DNA of 64,000 nt from Octopus vulgaris (Eukaryota): positions 25,048,001-25,112,000 of the forward strand of contig OX597834.1 of the NCBI GenBank assembly GCA_951406725.2, read 5' to 3'. The notes below the pieces were generated by a model. It saw nothing but the letters and a program-made list of their open reading frames with translations, was not told the DNA's origin and made no database searches. This document shows positions 1-12,192 of the stretch, one piece after another. Both the position numbers and the translations under genes were made by a program. Position 1 is the stretch's first letter; every line of letters starts with the position of its first letter.

Positions 1-256
1 GCAAAGTCGACTTCGGCGTAATTTGAACTCAGAACGTAAAGACGCACGAAATGCCGCTTAGCATTTTCCCCGGCCTGCTAACGATTCTGCCAGTTCGCTG
101 CTTTCTTTCGTCTCCTCGTATTGCTGGCTTCGAGCCAAAATTTGAGACCATTATAACTATTAAAGTGTTTCCGCCGTATGACGAGTATACTTTACATGTA
201 TACTCTTGTCACCTTGGATGGTAATATCAGGAAATATGGTCTACATACAATAATTA

Positions 257-622
257 TACTCTTACTTGTTTCAGTCATTTTGACTTCAGCCATGCTGGAG
301 CATCGCCTTTAGTCGAGCAAATCGATCCCAAAGCTTATTCTTTGTAAGCCTAGTACTTATTCTATCGGTCTCTTTGGCCGAACCGCTAAGTTACGGGGAC
401 GTAAACACACCAGCATCGATTGTCAAGCGATGTCGGGGAGGGGGGACAAACACAGACACACACATGACAGGTTTCTTTCAGTTTCTGTCTACCAAATCCA
501 CTCACAAGGCTTTGGTCGGCTCGAGGTTATAATAGAATACACTTGCTCAAGGTGCTACGCAGAAGGACTGAACCCGGAACCATGTGGTTTGTAAGCAAGC
601 TACTTACCACACACCCACTCCT
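257..622 (-). mobile_element. SINE family B
   Basis: Reverse-complement homolog of 5234..5667. Confidence 0.85.
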
Positions 623-1048
623 AATATAAGTGGGGGGGGGGGTTAGTGGATTACGTCGACTAGAGTGCTTTACTAGTATATATTTTATCTCTTCCGCAAA
701 GCTAGATCAGTTTCGATGAAATTTGAACTCAGAACGTAAAAATCCGGAAGAAATGGCGCCAAGCATTTTGTTCGGGCAGCTCGCCTCCTTGGTAGTTAGT
801 AATAATTCAGCTTTTATCACATTTTTTGGCTGCTTATACAAAATGGCATGAATATTAATTTTCAAGAGAAAACAATCTTAGAAAATGAAATAAAACTGTT
901 TTCTGATTTGTATAATTGCAATGAACATGCGTTGTTTCTAAATGTCAACATAATTGCCATCTGCTCTGAGATTTATAACCGAAGGGCTGGCTATATCAGC
1001 TCTCCATATGATATCAAGATTTCGACATTTAAAATAAATGGTTTATAT

Positions 1049-1054
1049 TTTATT
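1049..1054 (-). promoter_or_regulatory. Candidate polyadenylation signal (AATAAA) of the BTB-BACK gene
   Basis: tttatt on the + strand about 280 nt downstream of the stop. The context is AT-rich, so a chance match is possible. Confidence 0.3.
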
Positions 1055-1331
1055 TATAAAATACAAATAAATCTTTAAAATAAAAATTAAATATAGATTA
1101 ATCGTGTACACAGACCCGTCTCAGATTTGTTCTTAAAAAAGGACAATTTTAAATATTACAAAAATTTCGAATAAGACGTGTCGAAAATATTTTTACGTGA
1201 GCTCGATGATAATTACAATTCTTCCTTGTTAATTAAAATTTAATTCAGGTATGGATTGTTTTCTAATATTTTTGTTTCTTAAACTCAAAGTCTTCCGAGC
1301 AAAGATTCCACCCGGTTTGAATAGATACAAA

Positions 1332-3093
1332 TCAATCATTCACCTGTCTGAAAGTACCTTTCCAACGGGAGATTGCCCATTTTGGATTACAAGCTTCGAG
1401 TGCCGAGTAACTTTCTGCCCTTTGCATGATAGAAGAAATTGGTTTGGTTAAATACGCTGGTAATATGATGAAATCTTCGTCAAATATCGTTGGTAAAGGC
1501 GGCAAAGAATTAATCCCCTTCGTATGAAAATCGCAATAAAACACATTAAAATGAAACGGATGAGAGTTCAGGGCAATATAGACTTTGGAGTTAAATACGA
1601 ATATTTTATCACCACTACTTAAATCGCAATGAAATGGTGCTGTTGTCGAATCTAAATCCGAATATTTAGTTGAGGTGATTTCTTTTGTTTTTTGAACTGG
1701 AAACCCTAGGTCTACGGTTCCTGGCGCCAACATGTTGTTTACGTCTCTTTTTCCTGCTAATCGTTTAGCCATAGCTATCTTAAACTTCAAGCCATCATCC
1801 AAATGGTTTAGTTGTACATCAGCGAGAGGCGGGTTGAATCCGATCAACTTTCCCTTTACATGTACAAATGTAACCTCTGGTAACTCTATCAGGTTTTCCA
1901 CAGAATTATGTGCCGATATCACTGTAAACGTACTGTACTCCGACTGCTGAGTGTTATGTACAAAACTGTAAGTAACGTTGTGAGGATCCACATTGTAAGA
2001 CATTGATGTGATTTTCTGCTCTTCATAATAGTCTGTTCGATCAAAGATATTAACAGAAAACTCTTTGGAATCACCGATGAAAATATCAAATATTACTGTC
2101 CAGTGATTATATCGGAAACTGTATCGATAAATACCCCAACCAATAATGAATCCGTACGATTGGATTGGGCTGATGCTATAGAGATAATTGACGAAACAGA
2201 AGAAACGAGAAGGAAGGACTTTGCTTGTTCTGTTTCTGATATTTCGTTTATCATTAATAAAACTGATTTTGTGTTCATTATTCGTTATGTTTATACAGAC
2301 GACACGGTTCTTGTCAACATAAGCAAGTATATGATCTTCAAATAAACCTATCAATTTACTTCTTTTCATGGCCGGAAGTTTAAATATTCCCCAGCTGTTA
2401 TTTTGAGGAGAAAATAGAGCTGTTTTGCCCGAAGATTCCTGTATCAAAATTGTCCATTGTATCCTGACTGACCCAGTTTTAATCGGGCAGCTGATCAGTG
2501 AAGTAGGTTTTTTCTTGAAAATTTTCTTTCTCTTCACAGGAAGATTTTCTCTTTTCCACATCTGAACTGAAGTGTTGCGTTCTGGAAACGTACGTATTAC
2601 TTCGCTGTAATGGGTTTGATTCCAATGCGAGATCATGCGAGCAACTACAGCGTGTTTTAATATCTTCGTTGCATCGGAACTCAGAAAGTTCTTGAATTGT
2701 TTTCGAGTCAATGAAAGAAGTTCGTGACTATATGGAAGCAACTTTTCAATGTTTTTCAAATATTTAAAGCAAATTTTACTCAAATCTTTCAGTTCGTAAT
2801 TTAAAGCGGTTTCCGTTGTACTTAAAACATTGTCAAAAGTTAGTTTTTGTAAGAGATATTGCTCACAATGGCATTCTAAGTGTTCTAGAAATATCATACG
2901 AGAAACTTGAAGCATAAATATTATATTAGACTCGTTTAACTCAATGGTTCCGGTGTACAAGTAGTTAAAAAATCCCTTGGCAGATTCAATATCTCCAAAC
3001 CAATGAGTGACATCAATTTCGTTGGATCGCATTTCCTGAAAACCCAAACTCAGCATTGATCTAAAGACAAGACTGGTTGCCACCAATACAGCT
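1332..3093 (-). CDS. BTB/POZ-BACK domain protein (kelch-like family, divergent C-terminus), terminal coding exon
   Basis: Long stop-free frame ending in TGA at 1332-1334. Minus-strand acceptor ttttttttttcttctcAG| (AG = 3095-3094), phase 2. The translation AVLVATSLVFRSMLSLGFQEMRSNEIDV...FFNYLYTGTIELNESNIIFMLQVSRMIFLEHLECHCEQYLLQKLTFDNVL...ALNYELKDLSKICFKYL matches BTB followed by BACK consensus. Confidence 0.9.
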
Positions 3094-3908
3094 CTGAGAA
3101 GAAAAAAAAAAGAATAACGAACATTTAGAGTGAGAATATAAAACATCTTCCAGTCGTGACCATCCCAGCTTTTCAGACACTATATGGATAATTAAAATGC
3201 TATTAAAAAAGAAATACTAACGAATTCTTCCATTTCTTTCAATGGAAGGATGCCATTCGATGGAAATTTAACTTATTTCTTACAGGTCATGACCACAATC
3301 TCTTTTGTTGCCCCAGGAAGTTATGCCTAAGTTACCCCTAAATCAGCCCTGATCAAATAAAACTGACTAGAAGTGGTTTCCAGTAGTGAACTGCTCGAGG
3401 TAGGTTAGTCTGCCTAGGAGTACACTACCCAAAATGTCTTTTATAAGCGATAATTTGGAGATGCGGTTCCTGTTTCTAGCAGATTAAGTAATTGCATGAA
3501 ATCTCCGTTAACCAGCAACAATAACTTAGCTCTAAATTAGACTGGCCAAATGCGCTCCAGTCGTAACCATCCCATCTTTTATCCAGAGAACTTAAGTGCA
3601 AATTATTGTCATTTCTATAGTTCTATACTTTTTAAAAGATTTTATCTATATTTCTATTCTTTTAAAGATTGTATGGCGGTGGGGAGGGGTGATTTGAAAG
3701 TGATTTGGCAGTTTCAAGAATGGTATACAACCCTGTAGACAACTTCTTGGACTTAGGCTGGCTGTGTCGTACGAAGTTTGCTTCCTGTTCAGTCCCCACC
3801 TAGGGCAAGGTGTCTTCTACAATAACCCCGAGCTGACTAAAGCCTTATGAGTAGATTTAGTAAACGGATTTTTAAAAAAGTTTATTTAGTGTGTGCGTGT
3901 GTACTTAC

Positions 3909-4059
3909 CTGTGTACTCTGAAGGTTTGGCCATGAGACTTTATATTGACACAACCCAAGTGAGAATCATTCGAAATTTGGATTAGATCTTGTTTTAGCGG
4001 CGTTAAATCTTTGTCTGTATAAATCCAGTTGACTTCATCGAAACTAGCTTCAGATCTTT
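3909..4059 (-). CDS. BTB-BACK gene, internal coding exon (N-terminal part of the BTB domain)
   Basis: Acceptor ggttttttgtttcAG| and donor AG|GTAAGT; 151 nt, phase 1 in and phase 2 out. Open frame RSEASFDEVNWIYTDKDLTPLKQDLIQISNDSHLGCVNIKSHGQTFRVH-R joins the next exon in frame to give the BTB motif F-x-V-H-R-A-V-L. Confidence 0.88.
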
Positions 4060-5233
4060 CTGAAACAAAAAACCAAAACTAAACGAAGAATCAAATAATT
4101 TAGACAATTTCTGGTATTGTAAGGTATTTTATTGGGATTCGTTTAATTTTAGAATTATCTCCAAGTTGTTGCGTTGTCTTCTTCCAGCTTGGACCACGCA
4201 GATCTTTGATCCAGTGGTATTCCGGCTGTGATTTTGATCAAGTTATGAAATGCGTCAGTTTTTGCTTGACACCAGAGATATGAATTTTGTATGATTGAGC
4301 TACTATTTCCAGTAAATTAAATGGCCATCAGGAGAAACCACTGATTTGATTTGTGGTGTGGCTATGAGTAGTGACATAGGTAAAGGCATGGGTGGTGAGG
4401 TTCGTATCTGGACGGTCGAATGATTAACGGCACAGGAAAATAAACAGTACGAAGATTGAAGCCATTCCGACATTTCCCGTATTTCTGGTTACTAGGGACT
4501 GCATTATGTCCCTAATATTGTACCCCTGCATTGTTCCCCTAACATGTAACTCACAACGACCCAACATTCCAGTTATGCTACTATCAAAGGTCCAGAAGAC
4601 AGGTAAAGATACCTCCGGCCTGGGAATTGCACTCAGATTCTGAAAGAGCCGAAACAAGCACCACAAGTCATTTTGTATGCCATTCCTCCGATTCCTATCA
4701 TAATTCTTCATTTCCACATTGTCGTGTGTATGAGGCGCAGGGAATATATCCAGTCAATTAACTCCAGGGTATAACTGGTATGAATTTTATCTACCCTCTT
4801 AACAGTTTGGAAGTATGGTAAAAATAACTGGCAGGCCCAAATTATTCATCCGTTCCTCTTCTGGTTCTGTCATCGAGTGTCTACAAGTCTGAAAGATAAT
4901 GAAGACGCTACTATGTGGTAAATAAACTTGCTAAAATTAGCAGCCGAGTGCTCCCTCCGATTACATTCTACCGTCTATTGCATAATTTGGCCCAGGATTC
5001 CCTACACAGGAAAAATACGCGACTGCCACGGCTGGGATACCCTTGATCATGGATCTGCTCTATTATGACTGACCTGGAGCTAAATAAATATGGACTGGTT
5101 AATTACTGGTAATAATGCAATAATGGTTAATTACTGGGAATTAACTCCAAAGTGTGAAAAACAAAGTCAGTCCTGCTGGAATTTGAACTCAGAACGTAAC
5201 CAAATCCCGTGAATTATTTTATCTCTCGCTATA

Positions 5234-5398
5234 GGCGTAGGAGTGGCTGTGTGGTAAGTAGCTTGTTTACCGACCACATGGTTCAGGGTTCAGTCCCAAT
5301 ACGTGGCACCTTGGGCAAGTGTCTTCTACTATAGCCTCGGGCCGACCAAAGCCTTGCGAGTGGATTTGGTAGATGGAAACTGAAAGAAGCCCGTCGTA

Positions 5399-5455
<57 letters not shown>

Positions 5456-5667
5456 GTGTTTGTGTGTCTGTGTTTGTCCTCCCAACATCGCTTGACAACC
5501 GATGCTGGTGTGTTTATGTCCCCGTAACTTAGCGGTTCGGCAAAAGAGACCGATAGAATAAGTACTAGGCTTACAAATAATAAGTCCTAGGGTCGATTTG
5601 CTCGACTAAATGTGGTGCTCCAGCATGGCCACAGTCGAATGACAAACAAGTAAAAGAGTAAAGAGTA
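5234..5667 (+). mobile_element. SINE family B with an internal (TA)n(TG)n microsatellite and an (AAAGAGT)-like tail
   Basis: ggcgtaggagtggctgtgtggtaagtagcttg...gggttcagtccca...gaagcccgtcg[TA/TG]n...gcggttcggcaaaagagaccgatagaataagtactagg...aaacaagtaaaagag. Many homologs in the window, including decayed or partial ones near 11550, 18216, 19381, 47600, 59245 and 63537. Confidence 0.9.
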
Positions 5668-6287
5668 TTTCCATTCTGCTATCCACCGCCCAATAACTGT
5701 AGATATTTCTAATTTAGTAACAAATTCAGCAGTTTGGGAAGATAGCCTCCATCTTAATCATTCGACTGATATTCTTATTGATTCTGAAAATTAAAAAAAT
5801 AAAAAGCAAAGTTGACCTCGATGGGATTCGAACTCAAAGTACTGCACCGACGTTTTAATAATCCGTTCTACTAAGTCTTGAAATTGTCGATTACATCGAC
5901 TCAGCTAATACTTTGTTTTAATCGACCCCGAAAGGATGAAAGGCAAAATGGATCTCGGCGATATTTGAACTCAGAAAGTGAACAGCCGGAAGAAATGACA
6001 CTAAGCGTTTTGTTCGGGACGGTCTAATAATAACAATTTCCCTGTAAAACTGATGGTAAAGCATTTCGGTGGAGGGTTAGGGTTAATTAAAACGATTCCA
6101 ATGACAGGTATTTTATTTTCTCAACCCACGAAGGTCTTTAGACAACTTCTGTGTAATTTCAGTCTGGAAGCGAAAATAAACACAAGAAAATTTAAAGCGA
6201 AATCTAGTCCGGAGTTCTACAGAGTTTGTTCATCTTCAATCATTTTATAATAATAAAAGAAAAGAGAAAGAAATTAAAATATCATAC

Positions 6288-6312
6288 GTGTGTTCGGTAA
6301 TGAAAAGGCCAT
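6288..6312 (-). CDS. BTB-BACK gene, probable first coding exon (MAFSLPNT-Q)
   Basis: ggaATGG start context with an in-frame TAA upstream. 25 nt to the donor C|GTATGA, giving the phase 1 required by the next exon. Possible acceptor cttatccctcAG at 6448-6447 and a further GTGAGT donor near 6686 would give 5' UTR exons. The joined CDS is 1938 nt = 645 aa + stop. Confidence 0.55.
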
Positions 6313-7060
6313 TCCTCGAATTGAAAGAGCAGAAACTGACCAGAAATGGGGCGTGTAAAACCATGAAACAAACGGGTAAGCAGCTTCCAGGAACCGTAGA
6401 AGAAATTGCTCTTGTTTGAGGGGTTAATTATAAAATAAACTGTAGTCTGAGGGATAAGTTTGGAGTCGTTGTGGGTTAGTTCATTATTCAATCAGGATAA
6501 GCTAAATGTTTTAGAATAAATAATTATGTATAAAGTCTGTTGGTTCGCGAGTTCTCTTTTTTATGGTTATTTTGATACTTCCTGTTGGAAAGTTCAAATC
6601 TGTCCATGTCAATTTTATTTTATTTATCATATTTTTATTCTATTTCTTTGAAATGGTTTTGTGAGAGGAAGAAAGGTAATACTCACACCAATTTTACGGG
6701 TTGGTGACAGGTGAGAGATGACCAGTAGGTCAGTTCTAATTTAATTATTATTTTAATAAGATTTTGAATGAGATTCTTATATTTAAAAATTAAAAATTTA
6801 AATAAACAAATGTCCTCCAAATTAGAAATAGAAATATTAGTGTGCAGTAATGAAAAGCAGCCCAATCTGGTAACCTTAATGTAATGTCCACGGTTCTCTA
6901 CCCACCACATGCTCCAATATGGCTGCCCATTGCTCCAGCTGACGCTGTGATTTAAGTTCTTACTTATAATATCGATCCGAAAAGTAAATGTTTGCATTAA
7001 ATTAAAATGACAATGAAGATTTATCAAATTGGGACATATTCCTATTATGGTTAGAGAGAG

Positions 7061-7406
7061 AAGCACTCCGTCGGTTACGACGACGAGGGTTCCGGTTGAT
7101 CCGATCAACGGAACAGCCTGCTCGTGAAATTAACGTGTAAGTGGCTGAGCACTCCACAGACACGTACACCCTTAACGTAGTTCTCGGGGATATTCAGCGT
7201 GACACAGAGAGTGACAAGGCCGGCCCCTTGAAATACAGGTACAACAGAAACAGGAAGTAAGAGTGAGAGAAAGTTGTGGTGAAAGAGTATAGCAGGGATC
7301 ACCACCATTTCGCTCAATAAACACTCACAACGCCCGGTCTGGGAATCGAAACCGCGATCCTACGACCGCGAGTCCGCTGCCCTAACCACTGGGCCATTGC
7401 GCCTCC
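7061..7406 (-). mobile_element. tRNA-derived SINE, family A (internally deleted copy)
   Basis: Head ggaggcgcaaTGGCCCAGTGGttagggcagcggactcgcggtcgtaggatcgcGGTTTCGATTCCcag with Pol III A/B boxes. Exact 14-bp TSD cctattatggttag (7041-7054 / 7407-7420). Homologs at 31308 and 47128. Confidence 0.9.
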
Positions 7407-8409
7407 CCTATTATGGTTAGTTCTTTGGGGAGTGAATCTTTGTTAATCTAAAATGTTGCTTAGGACGTTTGTGTGCAGCAACAGTTCTAAATATTTATGA
7501 GTAGCATTTGAACATGTATCCTATTCACCGCCCGAGTTTGGTACTTTATTTAGCGGCCTTGTAGGGATGAAAGCTAGAGTTGACCTCGGTGAGATTTGAA
7601 CTCAGAGCGCAACAAACTGGAATAAATACTGTAAGACATCTCCTCCTTTGCTCTATCGACTCTGCCAAATTGCTGTCAGTAACTGATCAAAGAAGGCGAA
7701 GAAGCCAAACCTTTTGGGTGTGATCTGAAATATCTGTGGTTCTAACTGGACCGATTAGTGGCCATTTGAGATATAATAGGATTTAGGTTGTTAACTTTTA
7801 TTTAACTTTTGTATCAATTTAAGATAAAAAATTAAATTGTAACAAGTTCGGCACACCACTTTCAGAGTTTAGATATGGATATCTTTGTCAATCAAGCAGA
7901 TGATATTTATTAAAACGTCGTCTAAGGAAGCCGTTTATGTGTCTAACAACAGCAGAGCCCTTAATGTCTGAGTCTGATTCGATTAATATAAAAAATTTCA
8001 ACAACTGTTCAAAACTAAAGTATTTGGGGCCCTAACGAGGACGTGTAATTTTGAATATGCTGAATATCGTATGCAGCGATAATATTGGTTTCAAATTTTG
8101 GCACAAGGCCAGCAGTTTCGAAAGGGAGGTAAATCGATAACATTCACCCCAGTATTCAACAGGTACTTATTTTATCGACCCCAAAACGATGAAAGGCAAA
8201 GTCGACCAAGACGGAATTTGAACTCAGGTATGTATCAGTAATATTGACCTAGATGTGAGCAATTCTCTGAGTTGCATTTTAGTGTTTTAGGGGGCCAGCA
8301 AGTGATCAAGACTAGTATATTTTGGGGACCTTAAGAGAAAGACTTGTTTTGCATGGGAAGTTGCTGCCGAGAATATTTACGTGCTTAGTAGTGGTAATGT
8401 CTTATATCT

Positions 8410-8990
8410 GCTTCAATGTTGGTCTTGATTTATCTTCATACAGATTCATATTTTGAACTATATTTTCATCTAGGACAAGAAGCAAGTTCTTTAGGTTGTA
8501 GTTTTCACTGTTTGTATGTAGAACAAAATTACCGTTCCAGAAACATAGAAAGTGTTTCTTTGTGGTTTACACTTGATATTTGCACAGAGTTGATAACTGA
8601 TCAAAGTTGTCAAAGTTGTCTTATTTTCTGGTCTTGAAGAAGAAAACTAGGCTTTTGGTTGAAATCCATGATATTTGTCTCTTCCGTTGGGCTGATCACT
8701 TTCTACTTAGAGTGAGCTTCTCATTTAACATTCTTTAAAATTTGATTTTTGAAACCAAAAAGTAAACTTTTGGATTAATTCGAAAAGTAATATCTAATTT
8801 TGTCAGATTCAGCAGCCAACTATTACAGAGTGAGACTTTGTTATTCCCTTGGAGGCTCTGATTTAAAATATTATCTAAGACACTTGTGTGTCGAACAGAT
8901 GAATGACAGGTGTCTTCCCTCGGAGAGGACACATGCTAAGAGCAGATAACTTTCCTTTTGTGAAGGATTTAAAGAAGACACATGTTATTA
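8410..8990 (-). pseudogene. Possible highly decayed hAT transposase remnant
   Basis: Minus-strand DNILNQSLQGNNK resembles the hAT LNxxLQG motif, in non-repetitive sequence next to a hAT MITE. The match is weak. Confidence 0.3.
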
Positions 8991-9186
8991 ACAAAGCGTG
9001 AACAATATTTGCATATAGACCGGAGAGACTTTCACACGTTGCCAGTACCAATCACACGATAGAACTCTGAAAACTCGATTAGTTTTCCAGCACACCATCA
9101 AATAGGCCACAGGCGCTCTTTCTCCCTCTTCTCTCTCATACTGTCTGGCTCACTTTCACATCTACTTTCTTTCTTTTAGTCTAGAC

Positions 9187-10024
9187 CAGTGCTTCGCAAC
9201 CAGGGTCTGTATAAGATTTTGTTGTTAAAATTTACGCGCAATAAACTTGTTACAATACACAAAATATTTAATCATTTTTTATACAATACAATTCCTAATA
9301 ATATTGACCTCCACCAAGGAAGGAGGTTATGTTTTCATTGCCGTTGGTTTGTCCGTCTGTCTGTCTGTGTGCAAAATAACTCAAAAAGTTGTGAACGGTA
9401 TTTGATGAAACTTGCAGGAAAACTTGCATGAAGTATTAGTTACGTTCTTTGATTATCTCCCTTCAAAACACATCGTTTCCATGTAACCTATGGTGGCGTT
9501 GCTGTTTAGAGACAGTGTTGATGATGACGATGGTCGAGATAAGTATGGGAGGCGGATAAAATAGTATCGATGATTATAATGGCGACAGGATCAGTGTGAT
9601 GTTTATACTGGTTGTGGTGGTGAAAGTGACTGTCAAGGTAACCGTCATGATAACATTGATGGTGGTGTATGTGGTTGAAGTGGAAGCAATGACTATGCTG
9701 CTGATGATGTTGATGGTTGTGAACTGCTTCAGATGATTCCTGTTTTTAAAGGGTTTTTTTTCTTAAAATCATATGGCTGTGTTATTCTTTTTTTTTTTAC
9801 CTCCGCCAAGGAAGTTATGTTTTTGCCGGCATTGGTTTGGGAAATTGGGCGATTTTCAGCATGCGTGTATATGGGTGGAAATAAGCTGCTTGGCGGTTTT
9901 CTAGTTAATCATAAAAATATAATAGGAATTTTTAGACATCAAGAGGCTATGAGGGTTCCATTCTCTAAGTAAAATAGGAATCAAAAAGGTCCATAGGCAA
10001 AAAAAAAATGGTTAAGAAGTACTG
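9187..10024. mobile_element. hAT (Charlie-like) MITE interrupted by a nested insertion
   Basis: TIRs cagtgcttcgcaacca (9187) / tggttaagaagtactg (10024). The left 8-mer gtctagac fits the NTCTAGAN target; the right 8-mer gtctgagg matches only partly. Confidence 0.6.
9306..9904 (+). mobile_element. Helentron-associated non-autonomous element (HINE/DINE-1-like) nested in the hAT MITE
   Basis: Head acctccaccaagg..aggttatgttttc followed by a (GTCT)n microsatellite. Second head acctccgccaagg at 9799, inverted sub-terminal cttggcgg at 9889-9896, 3' CTAG end, insertion between T residues. Confidence 0.6.
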
Positions 10025-10205
10025 GTCTGAGGTAAAATGACCCACTTACTAAAAAAAAAACATAAGATGAGATGTTCATTGCTTTCCGAATAATATAATC
10101 GCGGCGACATCGTCTTTCATCTAATAATAGACGAGTTATTTCTCGACTCAAAACAGCCTCGTCGTATCGAATCGATGAAGAATTTAACAATTTTTTAATA
10201 GCATG

Positions 10206-10284
<79 letters not shown>

Positions 10285-10390
10285 GTGTGTATGTGTGTGT
10301 GTGTGTGTGTAGGTTTGTACGTATATACGTAACAAAATAGCATTGCTATTCGTAGAAAGAAAATTATACATTTTATCTGTAAATAGATGG

Positions 10391-10766
<376 letters not shown>

Positions 10767-10806
10767 TTCATGTATCTATCTACATGTATACATAAACACA
10801 CATACA

Positions 10807-10859
<53 letters not shown>

Positions 10860-11089
10860 GCATATAAACACACCTGTACAATATCTGATCTATTTCAATT
10901 CAAGCATAGCATTCTTTGTCTTCCTTTCTTTATTCGTGTTTCTATCATCTCATCTTCCTTTCTTGAAATTGATACGTCCTTATCGATCAATCGATATCTA
11001 ACTTCCCAGTTTACTTAATTCTTGTGTTATATTTAAAAGGTTACCATATACATCAGCGCGTGTGTGTGTGCATGCATGAAAATAAATGC

Positions 11090-11120
<31 letters not shown>

Positions 11121-11515
11121 TGTATGTATGTATGTATGTATGTATGTATGTATATAAACTGTTGTGTCTGGGGAGAGTCATTTTCTTTGTGTGCCTTATG
11201 ATTTAACACACTCACCGGTAAAATTTCCACTTATTTCTTATTTTTATTTTCCTAAAATTTTCGCTGCGTCTTGCAACCTTTTCAATAGTCTTGACTCTGT
11301 CCGTTATTTACACTGCGTTCCCTTTTGTTTGTTTGTGTATATATGTGTGGGTCACTGTGTGTGTGTGTGTGTGTGTGTGTGTGCATTTGTGTGTATGTAT
11401 TCTGCATATCCATGCGCTTGCATGTCCGCGTTTGTGTATTTTTTGTGTATGTCTGTGTGTGAGAGCATGTATTTGTATATGTATGCACCTCTGTCTCCTT
11501 GTGTGTGCATGTCAT

Positions 11516-11549
<34 letters not shown>

Positions 11550-11720
11550 GGCTCAGGAGTGGCTGTGTGGTAAGTAGCTTGCCTATCAACCACATAGTTC
11601 CGGGTTCCGACTATTTCACCACCGACTTGGGCTCCACAATCACATTCGGCACAAACATCAGCTGAGGAGACTAGATAGAAACTGTCGAACCCAATGCTCG
11701 GATACGAGCTGGACCCGACA

Positions 11721-11783
<63 letters not shown>

Positions 11784-11786
<3 letters not shown>

Positions 11787-12120
11787 TCATCATCATCGTC
11801 GTCGTCGTCGTTTGACGTCCGCTTTCCATGCTAGCATGGGTTGAACGGTTTGACTGTGGGCTGGCGAACCAGATGGCTGCACCAAGCTCCAGTCTTGATC
11901 TGGCAGAGTTTCTACAGCCGGATGCCCTTCCTAACGCCAACCACTCCGAGAGTGTAGTGGGTGCTTTTACGTGCCACAGGCACGGGGGCCAGTCAGACGG
12001 TACTGGCGACGACCTTGCTCGAATTTTTTTACACATGCCAACGGCACAGGTGCCAGTAAGGCGATGCTGATAACGATCCCGCTCGAATGGTGCCTCCTAC
12101 ATGCCACCGGCACGGAAGCC
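11784..12120 (-). mobile_element. RTE-related SINE-like element with a (GAT)n tail
   Basis: Minus strand ggttggcgttaggaagggcatccggctgtagaaac...catgctagcatggaaagcggacgtcaaacgacgac...gatgatgatg. Tail fragments of the same family at 23805-23908 (+) and 12671-12760 (-). The RTE assignment is recalled, not searched. Confidence 0.7.
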
Positions 12121-12135
12121 ACTTTATATATAGTG

Positions 12136-12175
<40 letters not shown>

Positions 12176-12192
12176 ATATATATATATATACA

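Noticed and set aside
848-1078. 76-aa plus-strand ORF
   Set aside because: AT-rich, no domain, and it lies in or just past the presumed 3' UTR of the minus-strand BTB gene.
3094-3146. N-terminus MFYILTLNVRYSFFFLL of the 604-aa ORF
   Set aside because: It spans the polypyrimidine tract and AG acceptor; the true BTB N-terminus comes from exon 3909..4059.
6300-6419. Plus-strand short ORF (MKRPFLELKEQK...) with a G|GTAAGC donor, suggesting an overlapping head-to-head gene
   Set aside because: No downstream plus-strand exons or recognisable domain found; it overlaps the better-supported minus-strand exon.
11662-11686. CTGAGGA...GAAAC-T-GTC hammerhead-like string
   Set aside because: No credible stem I or stem II pairing.
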